Of a stretch of DNA of 64,000 bases, positions 12,093 to 24,667 are shown in pieces. Position 1 is the first letter of the stretch. Each line of letters begins with the position of its first letter. The DNA comes from Utricularia gibba (taxonomy: Eukaryota; Plantae; Magnoliophyta): positions 1,116,001 through 1,180,000 of the forward strand of contig NEEC01000007.1 of NCBI GenBank assembly GCA_002189035.1, in the 5' to 3' direction. The notes below the pieces were generated by a model. It had not been told where the DNA came from. It made no database searches and saw nothing but the letters and a program-made list of their open reading frames with translations. The position numbers and the translations under genes were made by a program.

Positions 12093-13396
12093 ATGGAGGG
12101 CGCGATCGAGCACAAGTACGTCCAAGTGAATGGACTCAAGCTTCACGTTGCCGAAGTTGGCAGTGTCTCATCTCCGGCGGTGCTTTTCCTTCACGGCTTC
12201 CCGGAAATATGGTACTCTTGGCGCCACCAGATGATCGCCGTCGCCGCCGCCGGTTTCCGAGCAATCGCACCCGATTATAGAGGATACGGCCTGTCTGAGA
12301 TCCCGCAACATCCCGATAAGACCAGTTTCCTCGATATTATCTCTGACTTGGTTGCTCTTCTTGATGCTCTTAATCTACCCAAGGTCTTTTGCATTCAACT
12401 TCTGTTGTCCGATCTGTAGCTTGCAAAATGTTAGATTAGATTCTCGAGGTTATTATCGAATTGGGCAAGTTACTTCAGTTGAGCAACTTAATTATTCACT
12501 GCAGGCCTTTCTTGTGGGCAAAGATTTTGGGAGTTTCGTCGTGTCATTGTTCGCCCTTCTTCACCAGGAAAGAGTTTCAGGCTTCGTGACTTTAGGCATC
12601 CCTTTCATGCCGCCCCAACTTTTGGGAAGAGATTCCGATTTACCTGAAGGTTTCTACATCAAAAGATGGAAGGTACGTGAGTTTTTTTGGCCAACGCAAT
12701 GTTGGGAATCCTTTTGTTTAACGTGTGGTAAAACACTTCTAGTCGTTGTATGGCATTGTTCTGGACAGGGTTACAATCTATTTCTATCCAGCAAGCAATG
12801 CCTAATATTTGTACATAGCATCTTATCAACTTTTCCTGCAGGAGCCTGGACGCGCTGAAGCTGATTTCAGCCGGTTTGAGCCAAAAACCGTAGTCCGTAA
12901 AGTGTACATAATGTTCTCCAGGGAGGAAATGCCAATTGCTGGTTCAGAACAGGAGGTCATGGACTTGGTCCAGGCATCGGATCCCCTACCTCCTTGGTTT
13001 TCGGAGGAAGATCTCGCTGTATATGGGGATTTGTATACGAAATCCGGCTTCCAAACTGCTTTGCAAGTTCCTTACAGGTGCGTTTCACATCAATAGCATC
13101 ACCCTTGAAATCTCAAAGCCTTGCCTTGACACAACTACTCTATTCGTTAGGTCATTGCGTGTGGAGTTGAGTTCAGTGAATCCTGTGGTGAACCATCCTG
13201 CTCTGTTAGTTGTCGGGTTGAAGGATTATACGCTTAAGTTCCCTGGGATGGAGGAGTACATCAGGAGTGGAACTGTGAAATCATTTCTGCCCAATCTGGA
13301 GGTCATCTACTTACCACAAGGAACTCATTTTGTTCAAGAGCAATCCCTGATGAGGTAAATAATCTCATACTCAACTTTCTCAAGAAAAACATCTGA
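12093..13396 (+). CDS. Soluble epoxide hydrolase (alpha/beta hydrolase), 4 exons; one-base frameshift near the C-terminus in this sequence
   Basis: LHGFPEIWYSWRHQ, APDYRGYG, nucleophile GKDFG, tyrosines in GFYIKRW and ALQVPYR, and catalytic GTHFVQEQ. The conserved end PDEVNNLILNFL lies in a shifted frame after 13345-13347. Confidence 0.9.
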
Positions 13397-13560
13397 CTGA
13401 TCACCCAAGCCTGTATTCTGTGTATCAGCACTGCACTTTCCAGGCTCTATATATGCCTGTCTTAATAATCATCTGTGACTGTGTTCATAGAACAGAGGGC
13501 TTCAGTTTGTGAACCAGCCAGATGTGAGATGACATTACATTTGCAGGCTCTATATATGCC

Positions 13561-14432
13561 TCATGGTGCCAGCTTTGATCCATCATATGAGAAAAGATGA
13601 AGGGCATTCCTGTAACTGAGATCAGCAAGTTCACTTTCTCCCATCTCCAATAGCCTCGCAACATAAGAAAGTATGAGATGAATGTTAGCAGGATGATTGA
13701 GGCTTTCTCCTCCGTTGGTAGCACTACTCGAGGAGTCATCACCGGGTTCCATTGCATCAGTAACCAAGAACAGGGAACATGAACTGAGAGACGATGGTTT
13801 CGCATCCGGGGCATCTGTCTCCAGCAGTATCCTTTCTGCAGGCACAGCCTTCAGCATTTTCTTGGCCTTACTCTCCTTCATCGACATAAGAAAACCAGAG
13901 AAGGAGAAGTAAGCACCAAGCTTATAGAACTCAGCAACCATCTCTGCTGAGCCAAGATAGGAATGCAACACCAGGCCATGCGGAAAAGGCCCTCAGACCT
14001 CAATATTTCAAGAAGATCACCAAATGCACGCACACAGTGTATGGATGCTGGTCTCTTCACTTCCTTGGCGAGGCGAAGCTGCAGGCGAAAAACTTCAACT
14101 TGCTCCGCGAAGTCTATTTGCTTCCCAGTAGAACCCTTGTCCAGTCCAATTTCTCCTACTGCAGCACAGGGCGTACGCATCAGCAAGTCCTTCAAAGTAG
14201 TCAACCAAAGAGAGGTTCTACTGGAAGTAAACCAGGGGTGAAGGCCGAAACTGGGAATAACACAGGGATAGCTATCGCTCATCTCCTTTACCAAATGCCA
14301 GTCCTTCTCAGAGACGCCGTTCACGGCGAAATGAGTGACGCCGGCATCGAGTGCCTCCTGGATAACCTTGGGAGCGATGCTCAGAATTCTGGGATCTTGA
14401 AGATGACAGTGAGAATCGAACAATCTGATCAT
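13561..14432 (-). CDS. TatD: TatD-related DNase; intronless CDS interrupted by a one-base frameshift at ~13984-13989
   Basis: FDSHCHLQD, FGLHPW, AVGEIGLDK and SIHCVRAFGDL are in ORF 13878-14432. LHSY, YFSFSG, RILLETDAPD and NHPANI are in ORF 13561-13971. The two frames join by restoring one base (GPFPHGLVLHSY). Confidence 0.88.
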
Positions 14433-14646
14433 CGTTTCAGTTATTTCTAGGGCCTGGTCTCCGATCTCCCAAGAACTTCACCAACTAAAATCCCCTCTTT
14501 CAGAAAAACAGATGGTGGCGAAGAAGCTGTACCACCGATTCCACGCACCCAGATTAACCTAATCCCCAAATAAAGCTGAATCAGACAAACCTTACTGGCA
14601 ATCAAATACTTCTCTGCTCCCAAGATTAAGACACACTACCGCTTAG

Positions 14647-15163
14647 CAGTGTTTTAAAAACCAGGGTTCGACCCATGGTTGAACCCGGTTCGATCCGAAC
14701 CCATGTTTTGATGGATTGGATCCAACTGTATTCGTTACTTTTATTTTTTTTAATTTTTTATTACATATTTTATGATAATGGTTATGAATAAATATAAAAT
14801 ATGTTTTACACATTTGATATATATTTCAGAATAAATCTTAATAATTATATTTTATATATGTATTTATATTGATAGTAGAAAATAATTATTTATATTTAAA
14901 TTATACATTATTTGAATGAGATATGAAATGATAAATATAATTTTGATAAAACTTTTAATGTAATTGCATTAATTATTGAGAGATATATTTTTATTTTTTA
15001 ATTTTCAATATTTTGATATACTAAATTATGATTTTATAATTATATTCTAATATTTTGATAAATATAATTCAAAATTAATGAACCCGATTCAACCCATTTT
15101 AAAAACGGTTGAACCCAAAACCATTAAAGGGTTTAATGGGTTCAACCCGTCTTTAAAACACTG
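14647..15163. mobile_element. hAT-superfamily MITE (517 bp, non-autonomous)
   Basis: Perfect 12-bp TIR CAGTGTTTTAAA / TTTAAAACACTG, extending imperfectly to ~30 bp. Exact 8-bp TSD CCGCTTAG at 14639-14646 and 15164-15171. Subterminal GAACCC/GGGTTC repeats and AT-rich core with no ORF. Confidence 0.93.
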
Positions 15164-15710
15164 CCGCTTAGATTCTTCTCGGCACACAGGGCGAATACCG
15201 TACCGGATGAATGAGAGCGCACCCAGCGTAATCGGTACTCCGCTGAAATACTAGAAAAGGTATTTTCGGAGGGATATTTATTTAAAATGCATAAAATTCC
15301 ATGTTAATATATGATAGAGATATGTGCCGCTCTTGGCTCCGTGCTGAGTAGTTTGCAGCAGTAGCATCAAATGATATATTTACAGTTACAGTTACAGTTT
15401 CAGTTTCACATGTGACCTGTGACTGGCTAGAGAAATCAATGCAAACAGACAAAGCAAGCATCCATGATCCAAGCCTTCAAATGATGCACTTCCTGAGGGC
15501 CTGGTGCAACTCTTGGCACCATTTGAGCCTTGCCCTGGTGAAGCCTTCACACCCCATGGCCACTTTCATTTCTCTGCAACTGACTTTTTTGTTTTGAAGG
15601 AAGCATTTTCGCTGCCCTTTTTACAAAGGAAAAAAACACAAGGAGACTGCGTGTTAACTTCCGGGGAGCTTGCTGCTTATGGTCAATGCCTTGGCTGGTT
15701 CAGGAGTCCT

Positions 15711-17844
15711 TCACTTTTTGGCAACTGACTTTTGATGGGAGAAGATGCGGTTGATCAAAGCTGCTAAGCGCACCCCACCTTGAGCAAGCCGTGTCTCAAC
15801 AATTGGCAGACGTGACAGAAAATAATCATCTAAGAAAGAGAGGAAACCAGCATGAAGCATCTGAAAGAATAACATGGAAAGCACATTGCAGACATGCCAT
15901 TTTTATGCATAGATAATGCACTGGATGTGCTTCCATCAAATCATTCAACCCATAAACTCATATGTTTTTTCATTTGACAAATGTCTCACTACCCAGTTTC
16001 TGTGTTGTTGAAGCATTCAACAAGAGTATCTATCTGGTTACCTCCCAAAGTGGTTCCAGGAGTGGCATTTCTGTAAGCAAATTTGCATGCTAAATCAATA
16101 CTCTCAGAAGCATATCTGCACATCAGTACACAATCAGCTAAAACAATCTGATCTGGTGAATACATTTTATATATTTGCTGTGGGTACACTTACGGATCTG
16201 GGCACACGCTGAAACTGCAATTTTTCCAGGATGCCATGTTTTCAATGAATGTATCCTGTTGAAGGGATGTGAGAAAATGTTCAGCCCTCACTGCATTTAG
16301 CATGAATGACATGCTACAAGCGTCATAAACAAATGTCTATGCTGCACTGCAAGCAACTGGCATACAGTGATGTTCCTTTGAATGGATTGAATCATTGTGG
16401 TGAGACTCGAATTGTAGAAAGTCTTAAGGGCGGTCTCAATGATCATGGTGTCCCACACCTGATAACGAATGTAAGCAGATGAGATACAACATGCGCAGGT
16501 CTCTATTCCCATTATGCAACCTGGGACTGCTTTCAGCAGTATGTAACGCCGAAAGCATGCCAACTAGAAATTTTAGACATGATGCTTACGTGATGCAGAT
16601 TAGTTTTCCTTCGATACCAACGAACTGATATCGTGTTCCCACCTTCATCATCTGTAAAGCCTACGTGCAATGGCTGGAAAACAACAGCATTTAGAGATAA
16701 AGTTCATAACTTTTGTATCACAGGTTGATTCAATGTATGGAATGTTGTGTGGAAAACACAGGAAAAATACAGTAAGACTTGTAACGATGATGATGAAAAG
16801 AGAAGGGACCTGGTGTACATCACCAATAAAATGTGACAGGAACATAAGAGCCTCGGTCAAGTTGTCTGTAATGAAAAGGGGTGAGCAAGTACTGCTCACT
16901 GCATCAAGAATACTGATAATCCAAATAGTTTATGCCTACATTCTGCTGATATTATTTCAGAATCATGATACTCCGGGAGAAGCTGCGTTGTGTAATTGTA
17001 TATTGCTCCAGTAACACATCTATCCTTATGCCCACCAGAGTCATGACAATCTCCTGCAACATTCATTTAAGTTGATTCATGCTAACAAAAACAGATGATG
17101 CTTATATGGTAAACACATTCTCCAATCATAACTAGCTCCAGGAAAATCCAAGAAAGCTGCATCATGAATTGTAATGAACCAATACAACTCTATCTGAGAT
17201 GATACATCCACAAATTTCCAAACCAGTGCAGTGTTAAAAGTAGTTAAAGACCGTACAAAGTCATCTACAAGAGTTTCAGCAATATAGGAGGAGGAATCCA
17301 AGATTACAAAAAAAAAAAAAAAAAGTACAGAAGAAAACAGCCCACTTACTGCAATACTTATAATTGCACCTGAAATCAGGTGTATCAACATAGTGAAGTG
17401 GCGCACTCCAGCGGTAGTGAGAATGCCTTCTAACATCATCCGCCCAAGAGCAGACAGCAGCTAGATCACCTTCAGCATGCTCCGGTAGTAAAGCTTTCAC
17501 CCCAGCCAAGCCCTCTTCTGTAAGATAACTCTGGAATGGTGCCCAAAAGTATGATGAAAATTTTCATCTCTTCACCGCATCAACCATCAACAGTCAAATG
17601 CCCAAAAAGTTTACATCCCACATGTCAAAATATGAATAAAACCAGATAAGAATTAACCCAAATCCATAGAAATGGCCACCAGTTCGCAGGCATACAATCT
17701 GGAGAAGAAAGACAAAAACTTAAGGGTTACCTCTGCAATTCTGCAAATAGCGAAGTGGCCGTCTGTTCCCCAAGCGAAAATTCTCGGAATGAAAAGGAGC
17801 AAAATGATAATTCTACCCATCGGCATAAGCATAGCAATACCCAT
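15711..17844 (-). CDS. S1/P1 nuclease family endonuclease (ENDO/bifunctional nuclease) with signal peptide, multi-exon
   Basis: Hydrophobic leader followed by WGTDGH, CSWADDV, SAPLHYVDTPD, NLTEALMFLSHFIGDVHQ, HQVWDTMII, ACKFAY and RLAQGGVRLA; these match the Zn-ligand motifs of the family. The start could instead be 17832 or 17820. Confidence 0.92.
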
Positions 17845-18300
17845 ATCTGACCAAAAAAAGGGAATTATTCCTGTTCTGGAAGAATGAAGAAGGTAAACTA
17901 TCAAGCTGTGCGCTTTTTGACAGAGGGTTTATATTCTTACAAATCTGTCTGCGTCAGTAACAGAATATACTCCATGTTTTTTAATTTTACAGTAGCAGCC
18001 AAACGACGAATTGCAATCTCTGGCCAAAAAAAAAAATTGACGGAATTGGGGTTCATCAATCAAGCGACTGCAACATCTTCATCCTTCACTTCCCTGAGCT
18101 TCCGTATGGATTCCCCAGAAAATGGTTGAAATTTTTGAGTTTTGCACTATCATCTCCAAACGCCCAAAAGCGTCTTACGCGATTTTATTATTGTTGAAGG
18201 AATTGGGGTTCTTCAACAAGCTATCAGAGATTCACAGAATATTACATGATATTTAATTTAACATTCGCATCATCCACCCCAAGTGGAAGAAGCTGATTAA

Positions 18301-20760
18301 TCAGTCAGCCATGGGAGCAAATACTGTAGCCAAACCTTGATCCACGTTGATCATCACTTGGTCGTAACGCATAGGCGGCGGTGCGCCACCAACTTCCTTT
18401 ACGCTTGCCACAACCTCTCCATCTACATCTATGATCCCGCCCTCTCCATCACTGCTTCTCCCCGGCTGCAGAATCAAGCTCCTCACCTGCAAAAACATGG
18501 AGTATTCTTCTGTGTTCCACACATTCCGAATGCATGACCATGATGATCCCGGGTGGCGGGTTTTCTTGGTCAACATATACAACCTGGAGGCTCAAGCAAG
18601 CACATATGGCCTGCCTGCCCAAGGTTCGATCAACTAACCTTGAGGTACGAAACTTGTGGGGATTTTGTGTGGCCACCATCGTTCATTTGGGATAACAGCT
18701 TCAGCAATGACCACTTGGGACAATCCATGATCAATATCAGGTCCAGATAACCATCAGAAAACTGCACCACATTCACCAACCAAAGTGCATAACATCAGGC
18801 ATATTTTTTTGAGGGGGTCCTTTTCTAACTCTGCTGCAAGGTCGTGTTGCAACATATTCACTTATCTATGATACAAACCTGAGCATTAGGGGCAGCCATA
18901 GTACTTTCAGCTCCCCATGGAACATTATGAAGCCACACAGAAATGAAGGGTCCTTCCAACTTCCGCCATATTAAGCTCTTCAAATCAACCTCAGGACCCC
19001 AATAGCCATTTGTAGCATTTCTGGCACTGGATCTTGCATCACTTGCACTATGAACAGAAATTTGCTGTTCAAGATCTAAAGGCTCTCCGAAATCCTCATA
19101 ACTAGGAGCTGGAACAAATATAATGGACCCATCATACTTCCTAAGATTGAATATTCGCTCAACAGCCTGGGAAAACACATCCATCAGTATTCATGAAGTC
19201 AAGCACCACACCTATACATCTCGCTGAAAGCAAAAGGGTAACATTTCAGTGAACAAAAACTCACATAGAAGTCTAACCTAGCACTACCCATCCATCTGTA
19301 TTTCTCAGACTCGATGTCTATGTCGGCCACCAGGCCTGCATATTTCAATTACATTAAGAACTGGGCAGATTTTCTGGTTCAAATTACTTTACAAGGACAA
19401 GGAAGTATGATTTGGAGAACTCAATCGTACCCCAAGCCAACATGAGCATGCTAAAAAACTTGGTTTCCCCTTGAGATATTGTTGCCACGTCCAAGGAACA
19501 TTTTTTACCTGCCTTTTTTGAAGAACTAAGAAGCTGTCCTTGAAGTTAGAAAATTGTTTTAAAAAAAAAGAGAAAAATCCAAGTACCGCGAATAATAGAA
19601 ATGGTAGCATTGGATGCCGAGCAAGGTTCTCCAGCAGAATGTAGAAGTGACTTTGCAATGCCGTTTCCAGTTCCTATAATGTCAGCATGGCTCCTCATTC
19701 AAATCTGAATATCGATAGGATTAAGTTTCAAACGTCAAAGGAACCTGCTGGCACTATTCCAAGAGGAGTTTTGATTGCATTACACCAATCCTCCCTCTCA
19801 AGGAGTCCATTTAAAACCTTTCCAAAACCAAATATGTATCAGCCACAAAAACCCAATCATCATGATTTAATATAAATCCCCTGCTTAAGATACCCCACTA
19901 GACCATCTTTTGTTACGAATTCCAAAGAAAAGAATTAGTGAATAAGTCTTTATAGAAGATGCCTGCTAACTCTACAGCCATAAATCAACTGAACTGGAGC
20001 CACTTAACACAGCATCGGACCCCATGAAGTTCAAACCCAAATACATTTTTAGCCTCATTGAAAATCGCACCTCCACAAGAATTCCATCTCCACTAACACA
20101 AATGATGCCATCATACAAGGGAAGATTCAATGTCTGAACGTGTTTCTTCGCGTGAAGTCGGTTCTCGGTTTCTGGAGATATCAAAACTGAAAAAATTAAA
20201 ACAAATAACAACGAAGTTCACAATTCCCTAAGTCAATAAACACAAGTGCCATGCCCAACCTAGCTTCTCGACGTAAATATTAGCATCATCAAGCAAAGGC
20301 TTCACATCATTCAAGAATACTTTCGACGCTAACTTCTTCCCACCATACGGATTCACATACACGAATAATCTCTTCGGCCTTCCTGATCCACACAGCCCAG
20401 AACTCGTTTTTGTTACAAAACTAAGCCACTATGAAAAAATACCAAATTTTTACCAAGGGAGTCCAGAAACCCCTGAAGCCTATTAGTCCATGTGAGGTAA
20501 GAATCCGTCGATAAGCACTGGAAAGTGAAAGTCCTTCTGATCAGGTTGGATTTCGTAAGGAGGAAGCAAACTCCTGGCTCAGACTCAACAACAGCTCTAA
20601 TCTCGATCCTGGGCTCTTCGAACGAGAAGCCCAGAACTTGTTTATCAATGTCCAACCTCGATCCGGCGCAACGCAACTCGCCGGCGGTGGAAAGAGTAGC
20701 CGTTGTGATGCTGCCGTTGACCAGTACTTGATCGGAGAAAATGCCTTCCTCTGGTTCCAT
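18301..20760 (-). CDS. SPHK: Sphingosine / long-chain-base kinase (DAG kinase catalytic domain), multi-exon
   Basis: RLFVYVNPYGGKK, GIICVSGDG, NGLLEREDW, PLGIVPAGTGNG, LDVATI, MLMLAWG and DIDIESEKYRWMGSAR, ending DQGLATVF. Exon phases were checked. Confidence 0.92.
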
Positions 20761-21589
20761 ACGCCTAAGAGAAATTATTCTCTTGAAGATTAGCCTCTTC
20801 TGTTCTCCAACGAAGTGTGTACAAAATTTAATACAATCTCCCAAACCAAGTTTTTTAGATAAGCTATGATTACTTAAATTTGTAATAAATAAAAAATTGA
20901 TATTAATATTTAAAATATGAAAACTTACTAATAAAATATTAGACAAAGATTTTATAGGAGTTATATAAGTGCTTTAATTTATTCAGTTGACAAAACATAA
21001 AAATGGAAACATTTAAAAAGTGTTCTATGTTGTTTTTGAGAATCTAATGATAAAAATAGAAATGACAAGGACAAATAATTATTTTAATATTTCTACTTCT
21101 GTCTCATTTTTAATTACATTCAAAATTATTTTTGTCGAAAAAATAAAAATAAAAATAGAAAACATTCCATATAAAGTTATTTTTTCCTAAAAATAGAAAT
21201 AAAAATGATAATCCTAACTCGTTGGGTTGGTGAATAGCTCTGTCGTTAGGGCTTCTGTGGCCCATGGTCAGAGACACCCTGCATCCGATGACGCCGGAGA
21301 TCTTACAAAAGCGGATGCTTGGCCTACGTAACATGAAGGTGGTGGGGATGTGCGTTCATCAAGACTCGTTATGAATGTGGAAAGCTTACATCTTCTTGAT
21401 GTGCATGTAAAGAACTCATACTAGCAGCAGCACAGATGGCTTTCTTTTTTTCTTGGGTTTTCAAAAACAGGTAAAAATGCTCATATTTATGCGGAGATGA
21501 CAAAAAGGTATGACTACCTACCTGGAGCAATCCCATGGCTATCAGATAAACGGCTTATTTTGAGCATTCAGGAGAAAGAATACTGAAGC

Positions 21590-22991
21590 TTACATGATAC
21601 AGCAGTTTTCTTGCTGGGACTGTTGCTGCATTTCAGATGACCTGAAAACGAAAACAAGAAAGAATTATCCTCAGCTCCATCCTCTTTTCTCCTAATGCAA
21701 GAATTTAAAATGATGTCTTCACTCACAATTGTCCAAGGCTTGAAAGATCAAAATCAGGAGCAATTTCTTGCACAAGATCATTAGGTGGCTGACCGCATTC
21801 TTGCATTTTCTGCATCAGCTCTACAATCTTTGTGAAGTTATTCGGCTCCTTCTCGTAAACTTCATTTAGATCATTGATAAGCTCGTACTGATGACAGTAC
21901 TGTTCATACTCAACACCTGTTAGTTTATCTTTGTTCTGTTCTAACCATGCCGGGTATCGGTCAGCAATTTCTTTCATAGGTTCATGGAGGATTTCCTTGG
22001 ACAGGAGCTGTTGCATCATAGTCTCTACAATTGATTGCATATCCTGTGCACAAGAAGCTTGAATAATTACATCACTCAACAGATTGAGAGCTTGAAACAT
22101 TCAAGTACAGGGGTCATAAATGGGCTTTGTGATCAGTTTCATTGGGAGGTTAGAGGACTTGTGCAACTTCATAACAATGAATCAGTTGGGGAATTTTGCA
22201 TGAAACTCAAACCTACTAGAAAATTTCGGGTTTTGTCCTAAACTGAGTCTTAAGAGAACTAGACGTATAAAGAAATTATGGCGTGTAGTAGAAATTCAAA
22301 CAAACCTGTGAGCCAGCAATCTCTTCAAACTGCTTAACCCATTCGTTCAGCATAGCATCTTCAGATATATCATCCCCACCCTGTCTTGGCCCTGGAGCAG
22401 TCATTGACTCCAATTCCTTAACAGCTTCCTTAGTATGCTTCCTCAGCTTATCCAATGCCTCAGAAACATGTGAATCTGACATGGACGGTGGTACCTTTTG
22501 CTTGCCCCTTTTCTTGCTTTTCAAATCGGGCAAGCCAATTCCCAAGCCTTGAATATTTGCGCTCACTGCATGGTCCTTCAGCGAGGTTTCTGAAGCAGTG
22601 TGTTCTCCATGGTGTTCCTTCCTGGGCTCCAATATAACATAATGCAAGAAAAACATGGATGCATAAGAACGGCACCTCTGAAAACATGGATGCTTTTAAC
22701 AAAGCATCATCCTTTCCATACACAAATATTCCAAATTGATCACTGTTTAGCTCAAAATGATCGAAAAATAAACAAAAAAGAACAAAAAAAGTACCTTTTT
22801 TCCGAAGAAGTGAGGTTAAGGTTTTGAAAATCATCCAACGCACCTGAAGATTTTTGAGATATCAAACCATCCACCATATATGCCCCCTTTTGTTGTCTTT
22901 CACGTAAATAAAAAAATGAACAAGACAGAAATTACAAGCAGAATTGCATACTGTCAAGGAGCTGTTCTAAATCATCACTGTGGCTAGCCAT
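21590..22991 (-). CDS. PEX19: Peroxisomal membrane protein import receptor PEX19
   Basis: [44 protein letters not shown] and [17 protein letters not shown]-terminal CaaX box CCIM*. Confidence 0.95.
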
Positions 22992-23573
22992 GAGGTTGCT
23001 CCGTAATTTCTGTTCACCTCTTGTTTGTGTTTCCCCTTGATTCACAGTGTCATCCGCCTTGACACTGGAAAACAAGAACCTGATTTTTTCCAAAAAACAA
23101 AATCAGGGAAAATAGAGCAAAATTATTCGATTTTACAAGCCCCGAGATTGAGCCTACTTGCACCGCCAACCCAACTTTTGATCAGGATATAAAAACTAAC
23201 GATGCTCGTGCATAACTCAATCAGGATCAAAAGGATTAGTTTATAAAAAAAAGGTGAAATGCCAAAATAGCAATTTAACAAGCAGAATTCGTGACTCTTC
23301 AACAAAATTAAAACCAGAAACCCGGAAGAAACCTAGAATATGTATAGCTTCAACCAGATACCACTTCAACTTAATCAGTAAAACAAAACCAGAAAGCCAA
23401 CTACCGTCTTATAAAAACGAAATCAGAGCAAAACTATATCGATTCAACGAAGCTGCAGCATCCTTGATTTTTGCTGAATAAATTATTACGCACCTGAGCA
23501 GCGAGGATAGCTAAAGCAACCTTCAATCTTCATTGGAAGCAAAGTATCATTTACTTACTTACTTACACATACT

Positions 23574-23629
23574 TGGGCCGAACTCAAAACCCAATTTGAG
23601 CAAACCCGGCCCACTCAATCAAAGGCCCA
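23574..23629. promoter_or_regulatory. Site II element cluster upstream of PEX19
   Basis: TGGGCC at 23574-79, GGCCCA at 23608-13 and GGCCCA at 23624-29. Confidence 0.45.
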
Positions 23630-24667
23630 TAAAGCAAGTATCCATTAAATATCTTGTACCATAATATTGACAAATTAGATGGTACAAGTGATCTACAATC
23701 CTTGAGCCAATGTGAAGAAATGGGAGTAGCACATTAAGAAGGCAACATTGGTCTATCAGAAATCTGATCATTCTTCTTTTATTGTATGAGAAAAGTGATC
23801 ATTTTCAATTAAATTTTTTTGTCTAAATATGTGAGATAAAATAAGAGGATGATCACATTTATAAATGATTCATATCTTAATATATCTAGCTGTTACATTT
23901 GGTTTTCTTTTCCTCTTAACTTTTGCTTAAAATAATTTAAGAAATATTATAAGTTTATTATTAAACACGAGTGACGTATATTACAAAAACTTGAAAATAT
24001 TTTCGGAATCATCTCTTGAAAAATATTACTCAAGAAGCTATATGAAAAAGAGCCTTACTCTCCCTTTGATCCAAGTTAACAACTCAAGCATCTAGATGTC
24101 CATGAGCTGCCAGGGCTTGAGACACATCAGCCACCCTGGTGTCCAAGAGGTTTGGTACTTTGAGATAGTATTAGCATTTGAAATGATAAATAAATATGAA
24201 CCGCTGATAGTGAGCTCTGCGTGGGCTGGGCCATGCGACGTCTAGTCTGGGTCCGAAGCAACATTGTCTTATGTAACCGCCATTTATATTCTTTTGAAAT
24301 TACATGTGCAATTTCAAATCAATGACTAACCCACAGCACCTACTGGCGCGGGTCTCTCTCACACAAAATTAACAATACAAAAAGGATTCGCCAACCTGAC
24401 CACGCGTCAAATTTTTATTGGTGGCTCATCACCCGGCGGGCCCACTCCCCAACGCGCCCCACCATGCATTGCATTTTCTCGTTTCTTTTTGAGTAGTAGT
24501 TAAGACATAACAGTCGAAAATTTCAAAATTCTTTCATTTGCATCCTGCATTGCGCTGGTGAGTTGCCGACGAGGCGCCGAACGCCGCCTCCTTTTCGGTA
24601 CGTTTTATTTCCTAGGAACTTCGGTTGGGAGGGCGTATCGTTTTTCATACACCTCAGGGAATTAGGT

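Noticed and set aside
15576-15733. 13-bp direct repeat GCAACTGACTTTT around the ENDO stop
   Set aside because: It is short and partly low-complexity, with no further similarity around the copies.
17615-17626. ATCCCACATGT USE-like motif
   Set aside because: It is mismatched, lies inside an ENDO intron, and has no TATA box or RNA gene following.
21090-21210. Possible Stowaway-like MITE remnant upstream of SPHK
   Set aside because: There is only a vague resemblance to one terminus, with no matching TIR or TA duplication.
21421-21521. Possible PEX19 3'UTR intron (CAG|GTAGGT donor)
   Set aside because: The candidate acceptor lacks a pyrimidine-rich tract on the - strand and is unsupported without reads.
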